A DNA stretch of 64,000 nucleotides from Escherichia coli. GTDB lineage: Bacteria > Pseudomonadota > Gammaproteobacteria > Enterobacterales > Enterobacteriaceae. The stretch lies in the NCBI RefSeq assembly GCF_044324875.1, contig NZ_CP172185.1. One strand, given 5' to 3'. Positions 31,817-43,431 of the stretch are shown here, piece by piece. Under the pieces are notes generated by a model. It was given only the letters and a program-made list of their open reading frames with translations, ran no database searches and was not told the DNA's origin. Positions within the stretch are counted from its first letter, which is position 1; each line of letters starts with the position of its first letter. Position numbers and translations under genes: made by a program.

Positions 31817-32260
31817 ATGTTTAACAACATTTTAGTTGTCTGTGTCGGCAATATTTGCCGTTCCCCGACGGCGGAACGCTTACTGCAACGTTATCACCCG
31901 GAGCTAAAAGTGGAGTCCGCTGGACTCGGCGCGCTGGTCGGAAAGGGCGCTGATCCTACCGCTATCAGCGTCGCCGCAGAACATCAACTGTCTCTGGAAG
32001 GTCATTGCGCACGGCAAATCAGCCGCCGTCTGTGTCGCAACTACGACCTGATTTTGACCATGGAAAAGCGCCATATCGAACGCTTATGCGAGATGGCACC
32101 GGAGATGCGCGGCAAAGTGATGCTGTTTGGTCACTGGGATAACGAACGTGAAATCCCCGATCCGTATCGCAAAAGCCGGGAAACGTTTGTAGCGGTGTAC
32201 ACATTACTTGAACGGTCTGCCCGCCAGTGGGCGCAGGCATTGAACGCAGAGCAGGTATAA
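31817..32260 (+). CDS. wzb: low-molecular-weight protein-tyrosine phosphatase Wzb
   Basis: 147-aa ORF with CVGNICRSP active-site motif. Confidence 0.95.
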   Translation: MFNNILVVCVGNICRSPTAERLLQRYHPELKVESAGLGALVGKGADPTAISVAAEHQLSLEGHCARQISRRLCRNYDLILTMEKRHIERLCEMAPEMRGKVMLFGHWDNEREIPDPYRKSRETFVAVYTLLERSARQWAQALNAEQV

Positions 32261-32262
32261 GA

Positions 32263-34425
32263 ATGACAGAAAAAGTAAAACAACATGCCGCTCCGGTAAC
32301 GGGCAGTGATGAAATCGATATTGGTCGCCTGGTCGGCACCGTCATTGAAGCGCGCTGGTGGGTGATTGGCATCACCGCCGTATTTGCCCTCTGTGCCGTG
32401 GTTTACACCTTCTTCGCCACGCCGATTTATAGTGCCGACGCACTGGTACAAATCGAGCAAAACAGCGGCAATTCGTTAGTGCAGGACATTGGTTCGGCAT
32501 TAGCCAACAAACCGCCAGCATCGGACGCCGAGATCCAGTTGATTCGTTCGCGCCTGGTGCTTGGTAAAACGGTGGACGATCTCGACCTCGATATTGCGGT
32601 GAGCAAAAACACGTTCCCGATTTTCGGTGCGGGCTGGGATCGCCTGATGGGACGCCAGAACGAGACGGTAAAAGTGACCACCTTTAACCGCCCGAAAGAG
32701 ATGGCGGATCAGGTGTTTACGCTTAATGTGCTGGACGATAAAAACTACACTCTGAGCAGCGATGGCGGCTTTAGCGCCCGTGGGCAAGCGGGCCAGATGC
32801 TGAAAAAAGAAGGCGTCACACTGATGGTTGAAGCCATTCACGCCAGCCCGGGCAGTGAGTTTACCGTCACCAAATACTCCACGCTGGGGATGATCAACCA
32901 ACTGCAAAACAGCCTGACGGTAACGGAGAACGGCAAAGATGCTGGCGTTTTGAGCCTGACTTATACTGGAGAAGATCGCGAACAGATCCGCGACATTCTT
33001 AACAGTATCGCTCGTAACTATCAGGAACAAAATATTGAGCGCAAATCGGCGGAAGCGTCGAAAAGCCTCGCTTTCCTCGCGCAACAGTTACCGGAAGTAC
33101 GTAGCCGCCTCGATGTTGCCGAAAACAAACTGAATGCCTTCCGTCAGGATAAAGATTCAGTTGATCTGCCGCTGGAAGCGAAAGCGGTGCTCGATTCGAT
33201 GGTGAACATCGACGCGCAGTTGAACGAACTGACCTTTAAAGAAGCGGAAATCTCCAAGCTGTACACCAAAGTTCACCCGGCGTATCGCACGCTGCTGGAG
33301 AAACGGCAGGCGCTGGAAGACGAAAAAGCCAAACTTAATGGTCGCGTAACGGCGATGCCGAAAACCCAGCAGGAAATTGTGCGCCTGACCCGCGATGTCG
33401 AGTCTGGGCAGCAGGTCTATATGCAACTGCTGAATAAAGAGCAGGAGCTGAAAATCACCGAAGCCAGCACCGTCGGTGATGTGCGCATTGTTGACCCGGC
33501 AATCACCCAGCCTGGTGTGCTAAAACCGAAGAAAGGGCTGATTATCCTTGGGGCGATTATCCTCGGCCTGATGCTCTCTATCGTGGGTGTGCTGCTGCGC
33601 TCGTTGTTTAATCGCGGTATCGAAAGCCCGCAGGTGCTGGAAGAACACGGTATCAGCGTCTATGCCAGCATCCCGCTGTCGGAATGGCAGAAAGCGCGCG
33701 ATAGCGTCAAAACCATCAAAGGGATTAAACGCTATAAACAGAGCCAGCTACTGGCGGTGGGGAATCCAAGCGATCTGGCGATTGAAGCCATTCGCAGTCT
33801 GCGTACCAGTCTGCACTTCGCGATGATGCAGGCACAGAACAATGTGTTGATGATGACAGGGGTTAGCCCGTCAATCGGTAAAACCTTTGTCTGCGCCAAC
33901 CTGGCGGCGGTGATCAGCCAGACCAATAAACGGGTGTTGTTGATCGACTGCGATATGCGCAAAGGCTACACCCACGAGCTGTTGGGCACCAATAACGTCA
34001 ATGGCCTGTCGGAAATTCTGATTGGTCAGGGCGATATTACTACCGCAGCTAAACCGACCTCTATTGCCAAATTTGACCTGATCCCGCGCGGTCAGGTGCC
34101 GCCAAATCCTTCTGAACTGTTGATGAGCGAACGCTTTGCCGAACTGGTGAACTGGGCGAGTAAAAACTATGACCTGGTGTTGATTGATACGCCGCCGATT
34201 CTGGCAGTGACCGATGCGGCAATTGTTGGTCGTCATGTCGGAACCACGTTAATGGTGGCGCGTTATGCGGTCAACACCTTGAAAGAAGTGGAAACCAGTC
34301 TGAGCCGCTTTGAGCAAAACGGTATTCCGGTGAAAGGGGTGATTTTGAACTCCATCTTCCGCCGCGCCAGCGCGTATCAGGATTATGGCTATTACGAATA
34401 CGAATATAAGTCGGACGCGAAATAA
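32263..34425 (+). CDS. wzc: tyrosine autokinase/polysaccharide co-polymerase Wzc
   Basis: ATG at 32263 gives MTEKVKQHAAPVTGSDEIDIG (720 aa). Walker A (SPSIGKT) and C-terminal Tyr-rich tail (YQDYGYYEYEYKSD). Confidence 0.95.
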   Translation: MTEKVKQHAAPVTGSDEIDIGRLVGTVIEARWWVIGITAVFALCAVVYTFFATPIYSADALVQIEQNSGNSLVQDIGSALANKPPASDAEIQLIRSRLVLGKTVDDLDLDIAVSKNTFPIFGAGWDRLMGRQNETVKVTTFNRPKEMADQVFTLNVLDDKNYTLSSDGGFSARGQAGQMLKKEGVTLMVEAIHASPGSEFTVTKYSTLGMINQLQNSLTVTENGKDAGVLSLTYTGEDREQIRDILNSIARNYQEQNIERKSAEASKSLAFLAQQLPEVRSRLDVAENKLNAFRQDKDSVDLPLEAKAVLDSMVNIDAQLNELTFKEAEISKLYTKVHPAYRTLLEKRQALEDEKAKLNGRVTAMPKTQQEIVRLTRDVESGQQVYMQLLNKEQELKITEASTVGDVRIVDPAITQPGVLKPKKGLIILGAIILGLMLSIVGVLLRSLFNRGIESPQVLEEHGISVYASIPLSEWQKARDSVKTIKGIKRYKQSQLLAVGNPSDLAIEAIRSLRTSLHFAMMQAQNNVLMMTGVSPSIGKTFVCANLAAVISQTNKRVLLIDCDMRKGYTHELLGTNNVNGLSEILIGQGDITTAAKPTSIAKFDLIPRGQVPPNPSELLMSERFAELVNWASKNYDLVLIDTPPILAVTDAAIVGRHVGTTLMVARYAVNTLKEVETSLSRFEQNGIPVKGVILNSIFRRASAYQDYGYYEYEYKSDAK

Positions 34426-34435
34426 CGAGATCCGC

Positions 34436-34500
34436 TGTCGGATGCGATGCTGACGCATCTTATCCGACCTCCGTTCACGCCGCATCCGGCAACAGAACCC
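34436..34500. repeat. REP element between wzc and wcaA
   Basis: cggatgcgatgctgacgcatcttatccgacc...gccgcatccggca REP-type palindromes. Confidence 0.65.
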
Positions 34501-34553
34501 GTAAACAAGCTTATAAACCGGCAGAACATCTCGACACTCCGGGAGAACAACCT

Positions 34554-35393
34554 ATGAAAGACAATCCGCTGATCTCAATCTATATGCCGACCTGGAATCG
34601 CCAACAACTGGCGATTCGGGCGATAAAATCGGTCCTGCGCCAGGACTATAACAACTGGGAGATGATCATCGTGGATGATTGCTCCACCTCCTGGGAACAA
34701 CTCCAACAGTACGTCACCGCCCTCAACGATCCGCGTATCACTTACATTCACAACGACATTAACAACGGGGCGTGCGCGGTACGTAACCAGGCGATTATGC
34801 TGGCGCAAGGGGAATATATCACCGGGATCGATGATGATGATGAATGGACCCCCAACCGTCTGAGCGTCTTCCTCGCCCATAAACAGCAACTGGTCACACA
34901 CGCCTTTTTGTACGCTAACGACTACGTTTGCCAGGGCGAAGTCTATTCCCAACCGGCAAGTTTGCCACTGTATCCCAAATCGCCGTATTCACGCCGCCTG
35001 TTCTACAAACGCAATATCATTGGCAATCAGGTCTTTACCTGGGCGTGGCGTTTCAAAGAGTGTTTGTTCGATACCGAACTGAAAGCGGCACAGGATTACG
35101 ACATTTTCCTGCGGATGGTGGTGGAGTATGGCGAACCGTGGAAAGTGGAAGAGGCGACGCAGATCCTGCATATCAATCACGGTGAAATGCAGATCACCTC
35201 GTCACCGAAAAAATTCTCCGGATACTTCCACTTTTACCGTAAGCACAAAGACAAATTTGACCGCGCCAGCAAAAAATATCAGCTGTTTACCCTCTACCAG
35301 ATCCGCAATAAACGCATGACCTGGCGCACTTTGCTGACGCTGCTGTCGGTGCGTAACGGCAAACGTCTGGCTGATGGTATTCGGGGGCGCTAA
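34554..35393 (+). CDS. wcaA: colanic acid GT2 glycosyltransferase WcaA
   Basis: 279-aa ORF; GT2 signatures (ISIYMPTWNR, DDDDEW); position in the cluster. Confidence 0.9.
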   Translation: MKDNPLISIYMPTWNRQQLAIRAIKSVLRQDYNNWEMIIVDDCSTSWEQLQQYVTALNDPRITYIHNDINNGACAVRNQAIMLAQGEYITGIDDDDEWTPNRLSVFLAHKQQLVTHAFLYANDYVCQGEVYSQPASLPLYPKSPYSRRLFYKRNIIGNQVFTWAWRFKECLFDTELKAAQDYDIFLRMVVEYGEPWKVEEATQILHINHGEMQITSSPKKFSGYFHFYRKHKDKFDRASKKYQLFTLYQIRNKRMTWRTLLTLLSVRNGKRLADGIRGR

Positions 35394-35395
35394 AG

Positions 35396-35884
35396 ATGCT
35401 GGAAGATCTGCGCGCCAACAGCTGGAGTTTACGCCCGTGCTGCATGGTTCTTGCCTATCGCGTCGCTCATTTTTGTTCGGTGTGGCGCAAAAAGAACGTC
35501 CTCAACAATCTGTGGGCGGCCCCGCTGTTGGTGCTGTATCGCATTATTACCGAATGCTTTTTCGGTTATGAAATCCAGGCCGCCGCGACCATTGGCCGCC
35601 GCTTTACTATCCATCACGGTTACGCCGTAGTGATCAATAAAAACGTGGTAGCGGGGGATGATTTCACCATTCGCCACGGCGTCACTATCGGCAATCGTGG
35701 TGCCGATAACATGGCATGTCCACACATTGGCAACGGCGTCGAACTCGGTGCCAACGTCATTATTCTTGGTGATATCACGATTGGTAACAACGTCACCGTG
35801 GGCGCGGGCAGCGTGGTGCTCGACTCTGTCCCGGACAACGCGCTGGTGGTGGGAGAAAAAGCGCGAGTGAAGGTAATTAAATGA
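35396..35884 (+). CDS. wcaB: colanic acid acetyltransferase WcaB (hexapeptide-repeat)
   Basis: 162-aa ORF with left-handed beta-helix hexapeptide repeats (IGNRG..., IGNNVTVGAGSVV). Confidence 0.9.
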   Translation: MLEDLRANSWSLRPCCMVLAYRVAHFCSVWRKKNVLNNLWAAPLLVLYRIITECFFGYEIQAAATIGRRFTIHHGYAVVINKNVVAGDDFTIRHGVTIGNRGADNMACPHIGNGVELGANVIILGDITIGNNVTVGAGSVVLDSVPDNALVVGEKARVKVIK

Positions 35885-37098
35885 ATATTCTGCAATTTAA
35901 TGTGCGACTGGCGGAAGGCGGGGCAGCAGGTGTGGCGTTAGATCTCCACCAGCGCGCGCTGCAACAGGGGCTGGCGTCACATTTTGTCTACGGCTACGGC
36001 AAAGGCGGCAAAGAGAGCGTCAGCCATCAGAACTATCCGCAGGTCATCAAACATACGCCGCGGATGACCGCGATGGCGAACATTGCGTTGTTTCGTCTGT
36101 TTAATCGCGATCTGTTTGGCAATTTCAATGAGTTATATCGCACTATTACCCGCACACCGGGTCCGGTGGTCCTGCATTTTCATGTGCTGCACAGCTACTG
36201 GTTGAATCTTAACAGCGTGGTGCGCTTTTGCGAAAAAGTGAAAAACCATAAACCGGATGTCACTCTGGTCTGGACGCTGCACGACCACTGGAGCGTTACC
36301 GGACGCTGCGCCTTTACCGACGGTTGCGAAGGCTGGAAAACGGGCTGCCAGAAATGCCCGACCTTAAATAATTATCCGCCGGTGAAGATTGATCGCGCAC
36401 ACCAACTGGTGGCGGGCAAACGGCAGTTATTCCGTGAGATGCTGGCACTGGGCTGTCAGTTTATTTCCCCCAGCCAGCATGTGGCTGACGCTTTCAATAA
36501 CCTGTACGGTCCAGGGCGTTGCCGGATTATCAATAACGGTATTGATATGGCAACCGAAGCGATTTTGGCGGACTTGCCTCCGGTACGCGAAACCCAGGGC
36601 AAGCCGAAAATCGCGGTGGTGGCGCATGATCTGCGTTACGACGGCAAAACTAACCAGCAACTGGTACGCGAGATGATGGCGCTGGGTGACAAAATCGAAC
36701 TGCATACTTTCGGTAAGTTCTCACCGTTCACCGCTGGTAATGTGGTCAATCACGGCTTTGAAACCGACAAACGTAAACTGATGAGCGCGCTCAACCAGAT
36801 GGATGCGCTGGTATTCAGTTCTCGCGTCGATAACTACCCGCTGATTTTGTGTGAGGCGTTATCGATTGGCGTGCCGGTGATTGCCACCCATAGCGATGCG
36901 GCGCGTGAAGTGCTGCAAAAATCCGGTGGTAAAACCGTCAGCGAAGAAGATGTGCTGCAGCTGGTGCAGTTAAGCAAACCGGAAATCGCACAGGCGATAT
37001 TTGGTACCACGCTGGCTGAGTTCAGCCAGCGCAGCCGCGCCGCCTACAGTGGACAACAGATGCTGGAGGAGTATGTCAACTTCTATCAGAATCTGTAG
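35881..37098 (+). CDS. wcaC: colanic acid GT4 glycosyltransferase WcaC
   Basis: 405-aa ORF; start overlaps the wcaB stop; position in the cluster. Confidence 0.9.
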   Translation: MNILQFNVRLAEGGAAGVALDLHQRALQQGLASHFVYGYGKGGKESVSHQNYPQVIKHTPRMTAMANIALFRLFNRDLFGNFNELYRTITRTPGPVVLHFHVLHSYWLNLNSVVRFCEKVKNHKPDVTLVWTLHDHWSVTGRCAFTDGCEGWKTGCQKCPTLNNYPPVKIDRAHQLVAGKRQLFREMLALGCQFISPSQHVADAFNNLYGPGRCRIINNGIDMATEAILADLPPVRETQGKPKIAVVAHDLRYDGKTNQQLVREMMALGDKIELHTFGKFSPFTAGNVVNHGFETDKRKLMSALNQMDALVFSSRVDNYPLILCEALSIGVPVIATHSDAAREVLQKSGGKTVSEEDVLQLVQLSKPEIAQAIFGTTLAEFSQRSRAAYSGQQMLEEYVNFYQNL

Positions 37099-38290
37099 CT
37101 ACCTGCTGCTGCCGCTGATTTACCTGTTGGTTAACGTCAAAATCGCCCAGCTTGGCGAAAGTTTCCCCATCACCATCGTCACTTTTTTACCTGTCTTGTT
37201 ACTGCTGTTTTTAGAACGCATCAGCGTTAAAAAATTGATGATTGCCTTAGGGATTGGTGCGGGACTCACGGCGTTTAACTATCTGTTTGGTCAGTCGTTG
37301 GATGCCAGTAAATACGTCACTTCAACCATGCTGTTTGTCTATATTGTGATCATTATTGGCATGGTGTGGAGTATTCGCTTTAAAACGATTTCGCCACACA
37401 ACCATCGCAAGATATTACGTTTCTTTTATCTGGTGGTCGGGTTGGTGGTGGCGCTGGCGGCGGTGGAGATGGCGCAAATTATCCTCACCGGCGGCAGCAG
37501 TATTATGGAATCGATTTCGAAATATCTGATTTACAGCAACAGCTATGTGCTGAATTTCATCAAATTCGGCGGCAAGCGCACGACAGCACTTTATTTCGAA
37601 CCGGCATTTTTCGCTCTGGCATTAATCTCAATTTGGCTCAGCATCAAACAGTTTGGTATCAAAACCCCTAAAACCGATGCTATGATTCTCGCAGGGATAA
37701 TATTATCCGGATCGTTTTCAGGGGTTATGACCTTTATCCTGTTTTATTTGCTGGAGTGGGCATTTCAATATCTGAATAAAGAGGCGATTAAGAAAAAGTT
37801 ACCGTTAGCATTGATTTCTCTGGCTGTATTCCTGGTTGGTGTGGTAATCGCGTTTCCTTATATTTCCACCCGTCTGGGCGATTTAGGTACGGAAGGATCG
37901 TCATCATATTATCGTATTGTCGGTCCGCTGGTGATGGTCGGTTATTCTTTGACCCATATTGACGGTGTAGTCAGATTTGGCTCACTTTATGAATATGTCG
38001 CATCATTCGGAATATTTAACGGTGCGGATGTCGGAAAAACCATAGACAATGGTTTGTATCTGCTGATTATTTATTTTTCCTGGTTCGCGGTGTTTTTATC
38101 ACTGTGGTACATGGGGAAAGTGATAAAAATGATGATCAACGCTTTTGGTGATAACCGCAATTTTCGCGTGCAATTATATCTTTTTACTCCGGTATCGCTG
38201 TTTTTTACCGGTTCGATATTTAGCCCGGAATATGCATTTTTAATCGTCTGTCCGTTTATTTTGCGAAAAGCGTTAAATATTACGAGGTAA
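37073..38290 (+). CDS. wcaD: colanic acid polymerase WcaD
   Basis: ATG at 37073 gives [28 protein letters not shown] (405 aa), a polytopic membrane protein. Overlaps the wcaC 3' end in another frame. The upstream TTG extension was rejected. Confidence 0.88.
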   Translation: MSTSIRICSYLLLPLIYLLVNVKIAQLGESFPITIVTFLPVLLLLFLERISVKKLMIALGIGAGLTAFNYLFGQSLDASKYVTSTMLFVYIVIIIGMVWSIRFKTISPHNHRKILRFFYLVVGLVVALAAVEMAQIILTGGSSIMESISKYLIYSNSYVLNFIKFGGKRTTALYFEPAFFALALISIWLSIKQFGIKTPKTDAMILAGIILSGSFSGVMTFILFYLLEWAFQYLNKEAIKKKLPLALISLAVFLVGVVIAFPYISTRLGDLGTEGSSSYYRIVGPLVMVGYSLTHIDGVVRFGSLYEYVASFGIFNGADVGKTIDNGLYLLIIYFSWFAVFLSLWYMGKVIKMMINAFGDNRNFRVQLYLFTPVSLFFTGSIFSPEYAFLIVCPFILRKALNITR

Positions 38291-38300
38291 GAATAAGAAC

Positions 38301-39047
38301 ATGTTGCTTAGCATAATCACTGTCGCGTTTCGTAACCTCGAAGGGATAGTCAAAACACACGCCTCGCTGGCGCATCTGGCGCAGGCGGACGATATCAGCT
38401 TCGAATGGATTGTTGTCGATGGCGGTTCCAATGATGGCACCCGTGAGTATCTGGAAAATCTCAATGGTATCTTTAACCTACGCTTTGTCAGCGAGCCAGA
38501 TAATGGTATCTACGACGCCATGAACAAAGGCATTGCGATGGCACAAGGCAAGTTCGCGCTGTTTCTCAACTCGGGCGATATTTTTCATCAGGATGCCGCA
38601 AATTTTGTCCGTAAGTTAAAAATGCAAAAAGATAACGTGATGATCACCGGCGATGCGCTGCTGGATTTTGGCGACGGGCATAAAATTAAACGTAGCGCCA
38701 AACCGGGTTGGTATATTTATCACAGCCTGCCCGCCAGTCATCAGGCGATATTTTTTCCGGTATCCGGCTTGAAAAAATGGCGTTATGACCTGGAATATAA
38801 AGTTTCTTCCGACTACGCGCTGGCAGCCAAAATGTATAAAGCCGGTTATGCATTTAAAAAACTCAATGGCCTGGTGTCTGAATTTTCTATGGGTGGAGTA
38901 TCTACCACCAATAATATGGAATTATGTGCTGACGCCAAAAAAGTCCAACGGCAGATATTGCACGTGCCTGGCTTTTGGGCTGAATTATCCTGGCATTTAC
39001 GCCAACGTACTACCTCAAAGACGAAAGCCTTATATAACAAAAGCTGA
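38301..39047 (+). CDS. wcaE: colanic acid GT2 glycosyltransferase WcaE
   Basis: 248-aa ORF; GT2-like N-terminus ([23 protein letters not shown]). Confidence 0.9.
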   Translation: MLLSIITVAFRNLEGIVKTHASLAHLAQADDISFEWIVVDGGSNDGTREYLENLNGIFNLRFVSEPDNGIYDAMNKGIAMAQGKFALFLNSGDIFHQDAANFVRKLKMQKDNVMITGDALLDFGDGHKIKRSAKPGWYIYHSLPASHQAIFFPVSGLKKWRYDLEYKVSSDYALAAKMYKAGYAFKKLNGLVSEFSMGGVSTTNNMELCADAKKVQRQILHVPGFWAELSWHLRQRTTSKTKALYNKS

Positions 39048-39062
39048 ATATAAGGGAAAACG

Positions 39063-39611
39063 ATGCAGGATTTAAGTGGTTTCTCGGTACCGAAAGGGTT
39101 CCGGGGCGGCAACGCTATTAAAGTGCAATTGTGGTGGGCAGTACAGGCAACATTATTTGCCTGGTCGCCGCAAGTATTGTATCGCTGGCGGGCTTTTTTA
39201 TTACGTTTATTCGGCGCAAAAATAGGAAAAAACGTAGTTATTCGTCCGTCAGTAAAAATTACCTATCCGTGGAAATTAACTTTAGGTGATTACGCGTGGG
39301 TCGGCGATGAGGTCAATTTATATACCCTCGGTGAAATAACCATTGGCGCACATTCTGTGATATCGCAAAAAAGTTATTTATGCACCGGTAGCCACGACCA
39401 TGCAAGTCAACATTTCACCATTAACGCCACGCCTATTGTGATTGGCGAGAAATGCTGGCTGGCGACAGATGTTTTTGTTGCCCCTGGCGTCACGATCGGC
39501 GACGGCACCGTCGTGGGTGCGCGAAGCAGTGTTTTTAAATCGCTTCCGGCAAATGTGGTTTGCCGGGGGAATCCCGCAGTGGTGATACGCGAACGCGTTG
39601 AAACTGAATAA
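39063..39611 (+). CDS. wcaF: colanic acid acetyltransferase WcaF (hexapeptide-repeat)
   Basis: 182-aa ORF with hexapeptide repeat region. Confidence 0.9.
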   Translation: MQDLSGFSVPKGFRGGNAIKVQLWWAVQATLFAWSPQVLYRWRAFLLRLFGAKIGKNVVIRPSVKITYPWKLTLGDYAWVGDEVNLYTLGEITIGAHSVISQKSYLCTGSHDHASQHFTINATPIVIGEKCWLATDVFVAPGVTIGDGTVVGARSSVFKSLPANVVCRGNPAVVIRERVETE

Positions 39612-39637
39612 ATTCAAAAAATACAGAGGAATAAGAC

Positions 39638-40759
39638 ATGTCAAAAGTCGCTCTCATCACCGGTGTAACCGGACAAGACGGTTCTTACCTGGCAGAGTTT
39701 CTGCTGGAAAAAGGTTACGAGGTGCATGGTATTAAGCGTCGTGCATCGTCATTCAACACCGAGCGCGTGGATCACATTTATCAGGATCCGCACACCTGCA
39801 ACCCGAAATTCCATCTGCATTATGGCGACCTGAGTGATACCTCCAACCTGACGCGTATTTTGCGTGAAGTGCAGCCGGATGAAGTGTACAACCTGGGCGC
39901 AATGAGCCACGTTGCGGTTTCTTTTGAGTCACCGGAATATACCGCAGACGTCGATGCGATGGGTACGCTACGCCTGCTGGAGGCGATCCGCTTCCTCGGT
40001 CTGGAAAAGAAAACCCGTTTCTATCAGGCTTCCACCTCTGAACTGTACGGTCTGGTGCAGGAAATTCCGCAGAAAGAGACCACGCCGTTCTACCCGCGAT
40101 CTCCGTATGCGGTCGCCAAACTGTACGCCTACTGGATCACCGTTAACTACCGCGAATCCTACGGCATGTACGCCTGTAACGGTATTCTCTTCAACCATGA
40201 ATCCCCGCGCCGCGGCGAAACCTTCGTTACCCGCAAAATCACCCGCGCAATCGCCAACATCGCTCAGGGGCTGGAGTCGTGCCTGTACCTCGGCAATATG
40301 GATTCCCTGCGCGACTGGGGCCATGCCAAAGACTACGTAAAAATGCAGTGGATGATGCTGCAACAGGAACAGCCGGAAGATTTCGTTATCGCGACCGGCG
40401 TTCAGTACTCCGTGCGTCAGTTCGTGGAAATGGCGGCAGCACAGCTGGGTATCAAACTGCGCTTTGAGGGCACGGGCGTTGAAGAGAAGGGTATTGTGGT
40501 TTCCGTCACCGGGCATGACGCGCCGGGCGTGAAACCGGGTGATGTGATTATCGCCGTTGACCCGCGTTACTTCCGTCCGGCAGAAGTTGAAACGCTGCTC
40601 GGTGACCCGACCAAAGCGCACGAAAAACTGGGCTGGAAACCGGAAATCACCCTCAGAGAGATGGTGTCTGAAATGGTGGCTAATGACCTCGAAGCGGCGA
40701 AAAAACACTCTCTGCTGAAATCTCACGGCTACGACGTGGCGATCGCGCTGGAGTCATAA
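39638..40759 (+). CDS. gmd: GDP-mannose 4,6-dehydratase
   Basis: 373-aa ORF with SDR N-terminus [31 protein letters not shown]; matches recalled Gmd. Confidence 0.95.
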
Positions 40760-40761
40760 GC

Positions 40762-41727
40762 ATGAGTAAACAACGCATTTTTATCGCTGGCCATCGCGGG
40801 ATGGTCGGTTCTGCCATCAGGCGGCAGCTCGAACAGCGCGGTGATGTGGAACTGGTATTACGCACCCGCGACGAGCTGAACCTGCTGGACAGCCGCGCCG
40901 TGCATGATTTCTTTGCCAGCGAACGTATTGACCAGGTCTATCTGGCGGCGGCGAAAGTGGGCGGCATTGTTGCCAACAACACGTATCCGGCGGATTTCAT
41001 CTACCAGAACATGATGATTGAGAGCAACATCATTCACGCCGCGCATCAGAACGACGTGAACAAACTGCTGTTTCTCGGATCGTCCTGTATCTACCCGAAA
41101 CTGGCAAAACAGCCGATGGCAGAAAGCGAGTTATTGCAGGGTACGCTGGAGCCGACCAACGAGCCTTACGCCATTGCCAAAATCGCCGGGATCAAACTGT
41201 GCGAATCTTACAATCGCCAGTACGGACGCGATTACCGCTCGGTCATGCCGACCAACCTGTACGGGCCGCACGACAACTTCCACCCGAGTAACTCGCATGT
41301 GATCCCTGCATTGCTGCGTCGCTTCCACGAGGCGACGGCACAGAATGCGCCGGACGTGGTGGTGTGGGGCAGCGGTACGCCGATGCGCGAATTTCTGCAT
41401 GTCGATGATATGGCGGCGGCGAGCATTCATGTCATGGAGCTGGCGCACGAAGTCTGGCTGGAGAACACCCAGCCGATGCTGTCGCACATTAACGTCGGCA
41501 CGGGCGTTGACTGCACTATCCGCGAGCTGGCGCAAACCATCGCCAAAGTGGTGGGTTACAAAGGTCGGGTGGTTTTTGATGCCAGTAAACCGGATGGTAC
41601 ACCGCGCAAACTGCTGGATGTGACGCGCCTGCATCAGCTTGGCTGGTATCACGAAATCTCACTGGAAGCGGGGCTTGCCAGCACTTACCAGTGGTTCCTT
41701 GAGAATCAAGACCGCTTTCGGGGGTAA
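40762..41727 (+). CDS. fcl: GDP-L-fucose synthase (GDP-4-keto-6-deoxymannose 3,5-epimerase/4-reductase)
   Basis: 321-aa ORF with [19 protein letters not shown] Rossmann N-terminus. Confidence 0.95.
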   Translation: MSKQRIFIAGHRGMVGSAIRRQLEQRGDVELVLRTRDELNLLDSRAVHDFFASERIDQVYLAAAKVGGIVANNTYPADFIYQNMMIESNIIHAAHQNDVNKLLFLGSSCIYPKLAKQPMAESELLQGTLEPTNEPYAIAKIAGIKLCESYNRQYGRDYRSVMPTNLYGPHDNFHPSNSHVIPALLRRFHEATAQNAPDVVVWGSGTPMREFLHVDDMAAASIHVMELAHEVWLENTQPMLSHINVGTGVDCTIRELAQTIAKVVGYKGRVVFDASKPDGTPRKLLDVTRLHQLGWYHEISLEAGLASTYQWFLENQDRFRG

Positions 41728-41729
41728 TG

Positions 41730-42209
41730 ATGTTTTTACGTCAGGAAGACTTTGCCACGGTAGTGCGCTCCACACCGCTTGTCTCTCTCGACTTTATTGT
41801 TGAGAACAGTCGCGGCGAGTTTCTGCTTGGCAAAAGAACCAACCGCCCGGCGCAGGGTTACTGGTTTGTGCCGGGAGGGCGCGTGCAGAAAGACGAAACG
41901 CTGGAAGCCGCATTTGAGCGGCTGACGATGGCGGAACTGGGGCTACGTCTGCCGATAACAGCAGGCCAGTTTTACGGTGTCTGGCAGCACTTTTATGACG
42001 ATAACTTCTCCGGCTCGGATTTTACCACTCACTATGTGGTGCTCGGTTTTCGCATCAGAGTCGCGGAAGATGAGCTGTTACTGCCGGATGAGCAGCATGA
42101 CGATTACCGCTGGCTGACGCCGGACGCGTTGCTCGCCAGTGACAATGTTCACGCTAACAGCCGCGCCTATTTTCTCGCTGAGAAGCGTGCCGGAGTACCC
42201 GGATTATGA
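41730..42209 (+). CDS. gmm: GDP-mannose mannosyl hydrolase (Nudix)
   Basis: ATG at 41730 gives [24 protein letters not shown] (159 aa); Nudix fold. Confidence 0.9.
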   Translation: MFLRQEDFATVVRSTPLVSLDFIVENSRGEFLLGKRTNRPAQGYWFVPGGRVQKDETLEAAFERLTMAELGLRLPITAGQFYGVWQHFYDDNFSGSDFTTHYVVLGFRIRVAEDELLLPDEQHDDYRWLTPDALLASDNVHANSRAYFLAEKRAGVPGL

Positions 42210-43429
42210 AAATACTGGTCTACGGCATTAACTACTCGCCGGAGTTAACCGGCACCGGCAAGTACACCGGCGAGATGGTGGAATGGCTGGCAGCACAAGG
42301 TCATGAGGTGCGGGTTATTACCGCGCCGCCTTACTACCCGCAGTGGCAGGTGGGCGAGAACTATTCCGCCTGGCGGTACAAACGGGAAGAGGGGGCCGCC
42401 ACGGTGTGGCGCTGCCCGCTGTACGTGCCAAAACAGCCGAGCACCCTGAAACGCCTGTTGCATCTCGGTAGTTTTGCCGCCAGCAGTTTCTTTCCTCTGA
42501 TGGCGCAACGTCGCTGGAAGCCGGATCGCATTATCGGCGTGGTGCCAACGCTGTTTTGCACGCCGGGAATGCGCCTGCTGGCGAAACTCTCTGGTGCGCG
42601 TACCGTGCTGCATATTCAGGATTACGAAGTGGACGCCATGCTGGGGCTGGGCCTTGCCGGAAAAGGCAAAGGCGGCAAAGTGGCACTGCTGGCGACGGCG
42701 TTCGAACGTAGCGGACTGCATAACGTCGATAACGTCTCCACGATTTCGCGCTCGATGATGAATAAAGCCATCGAAAAAGGCGTGGCGGCGGAAAACGTCA
42801 TCTTCTTCCCCAACTGGTCGGAAATTGCCCGTTTTCAGCATGTCGCAGAGGCCGATGTTGATGCCCTTCGTAACCAGCTTGGCCTGCCGGATAACAAAAA
42901 AATCATTCTTTACTCCGGCAATATTGGTGAAAAGCAGGGGCTGGAAAACGTTATTGAAGCTGCCGATCGCCTGCGTGATGAACCGCTGATTTTTGCCATT
43001 GTCGGGCAGGGCGGCGGCAAAGCGTGGCTGGAAAAAATGGCGCAGCAGCGTGGACTGCACAATATGCAATTTTTTCCGCTGCAATCGTATGACGCTTTAC
43101 CCGCACTGCTGAAGATGGGCGATTGCCATCTGGTGGTGCAAAAACGCGGCGCGGCAGATGCCGTATTACCGTCGAAACTAACCAATATTCTGGCAGTAGG
43201 CGGTAACGCGGTGATTACCGCAGAGGCCCACACAGAACTGGGGCAGCTTTGCGAAACCTTTCCGGGCATTGCGGTTTGCGTAGAACCGGAATCGGTCGAG
43301 GCGCTGGTGGCGGGGATCCGTCAGGCGCTCCTGCTGCCCAAACACAACACGGTGGCACGTGAATATGCCGAACGCACGCTCGATAAAGAGAACGTGTTAC
43401 GTCAATTTATAAATGATATTCGGGGATAA
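42206..43429 (+). CDS. wcaI: colanic acid GT4 glycosyltransferase WcaI
   Basis: 407-aa ORF; start overlaps the gmm stop; position in the cluster. Confidence 0.9.
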   Translation: MKILVYGINYSPELTGTGKYTGEMVEWLAAQGHEVRVITAPPYYPQWQVGENYSAWRYKREEGAATVWRCPLYVPKQPSTLKRLLHLGSFAASSFFPLMAQRRWKPDRIIGVVPTLFCTPGMRLLAKLSGARTVLHIQDYEVDAMLGLGLAGKGKGGKVALLATAFERSGLHNVDNVSTISRSMMNKAIEKGVAAENVIFFPNWSEIARFQHVAEADVDALRNQLGLPDNKKIILYSGNIGEKQGLENVIEAADRLRDEPLIFAIVGQGGGKAWLEKMAQQRGLHNMQFFPLQSYDALPALLKMGDCHLVVQKRGAADAVLPSKLTNILAVGGNAVITAEAHTELGQLCETFPGIAVCVEPESVEALVAGIRQALLLPKHNTVAREYAERTLDKENVLRQFINDIRG

Positions 43430-43431
43430 TT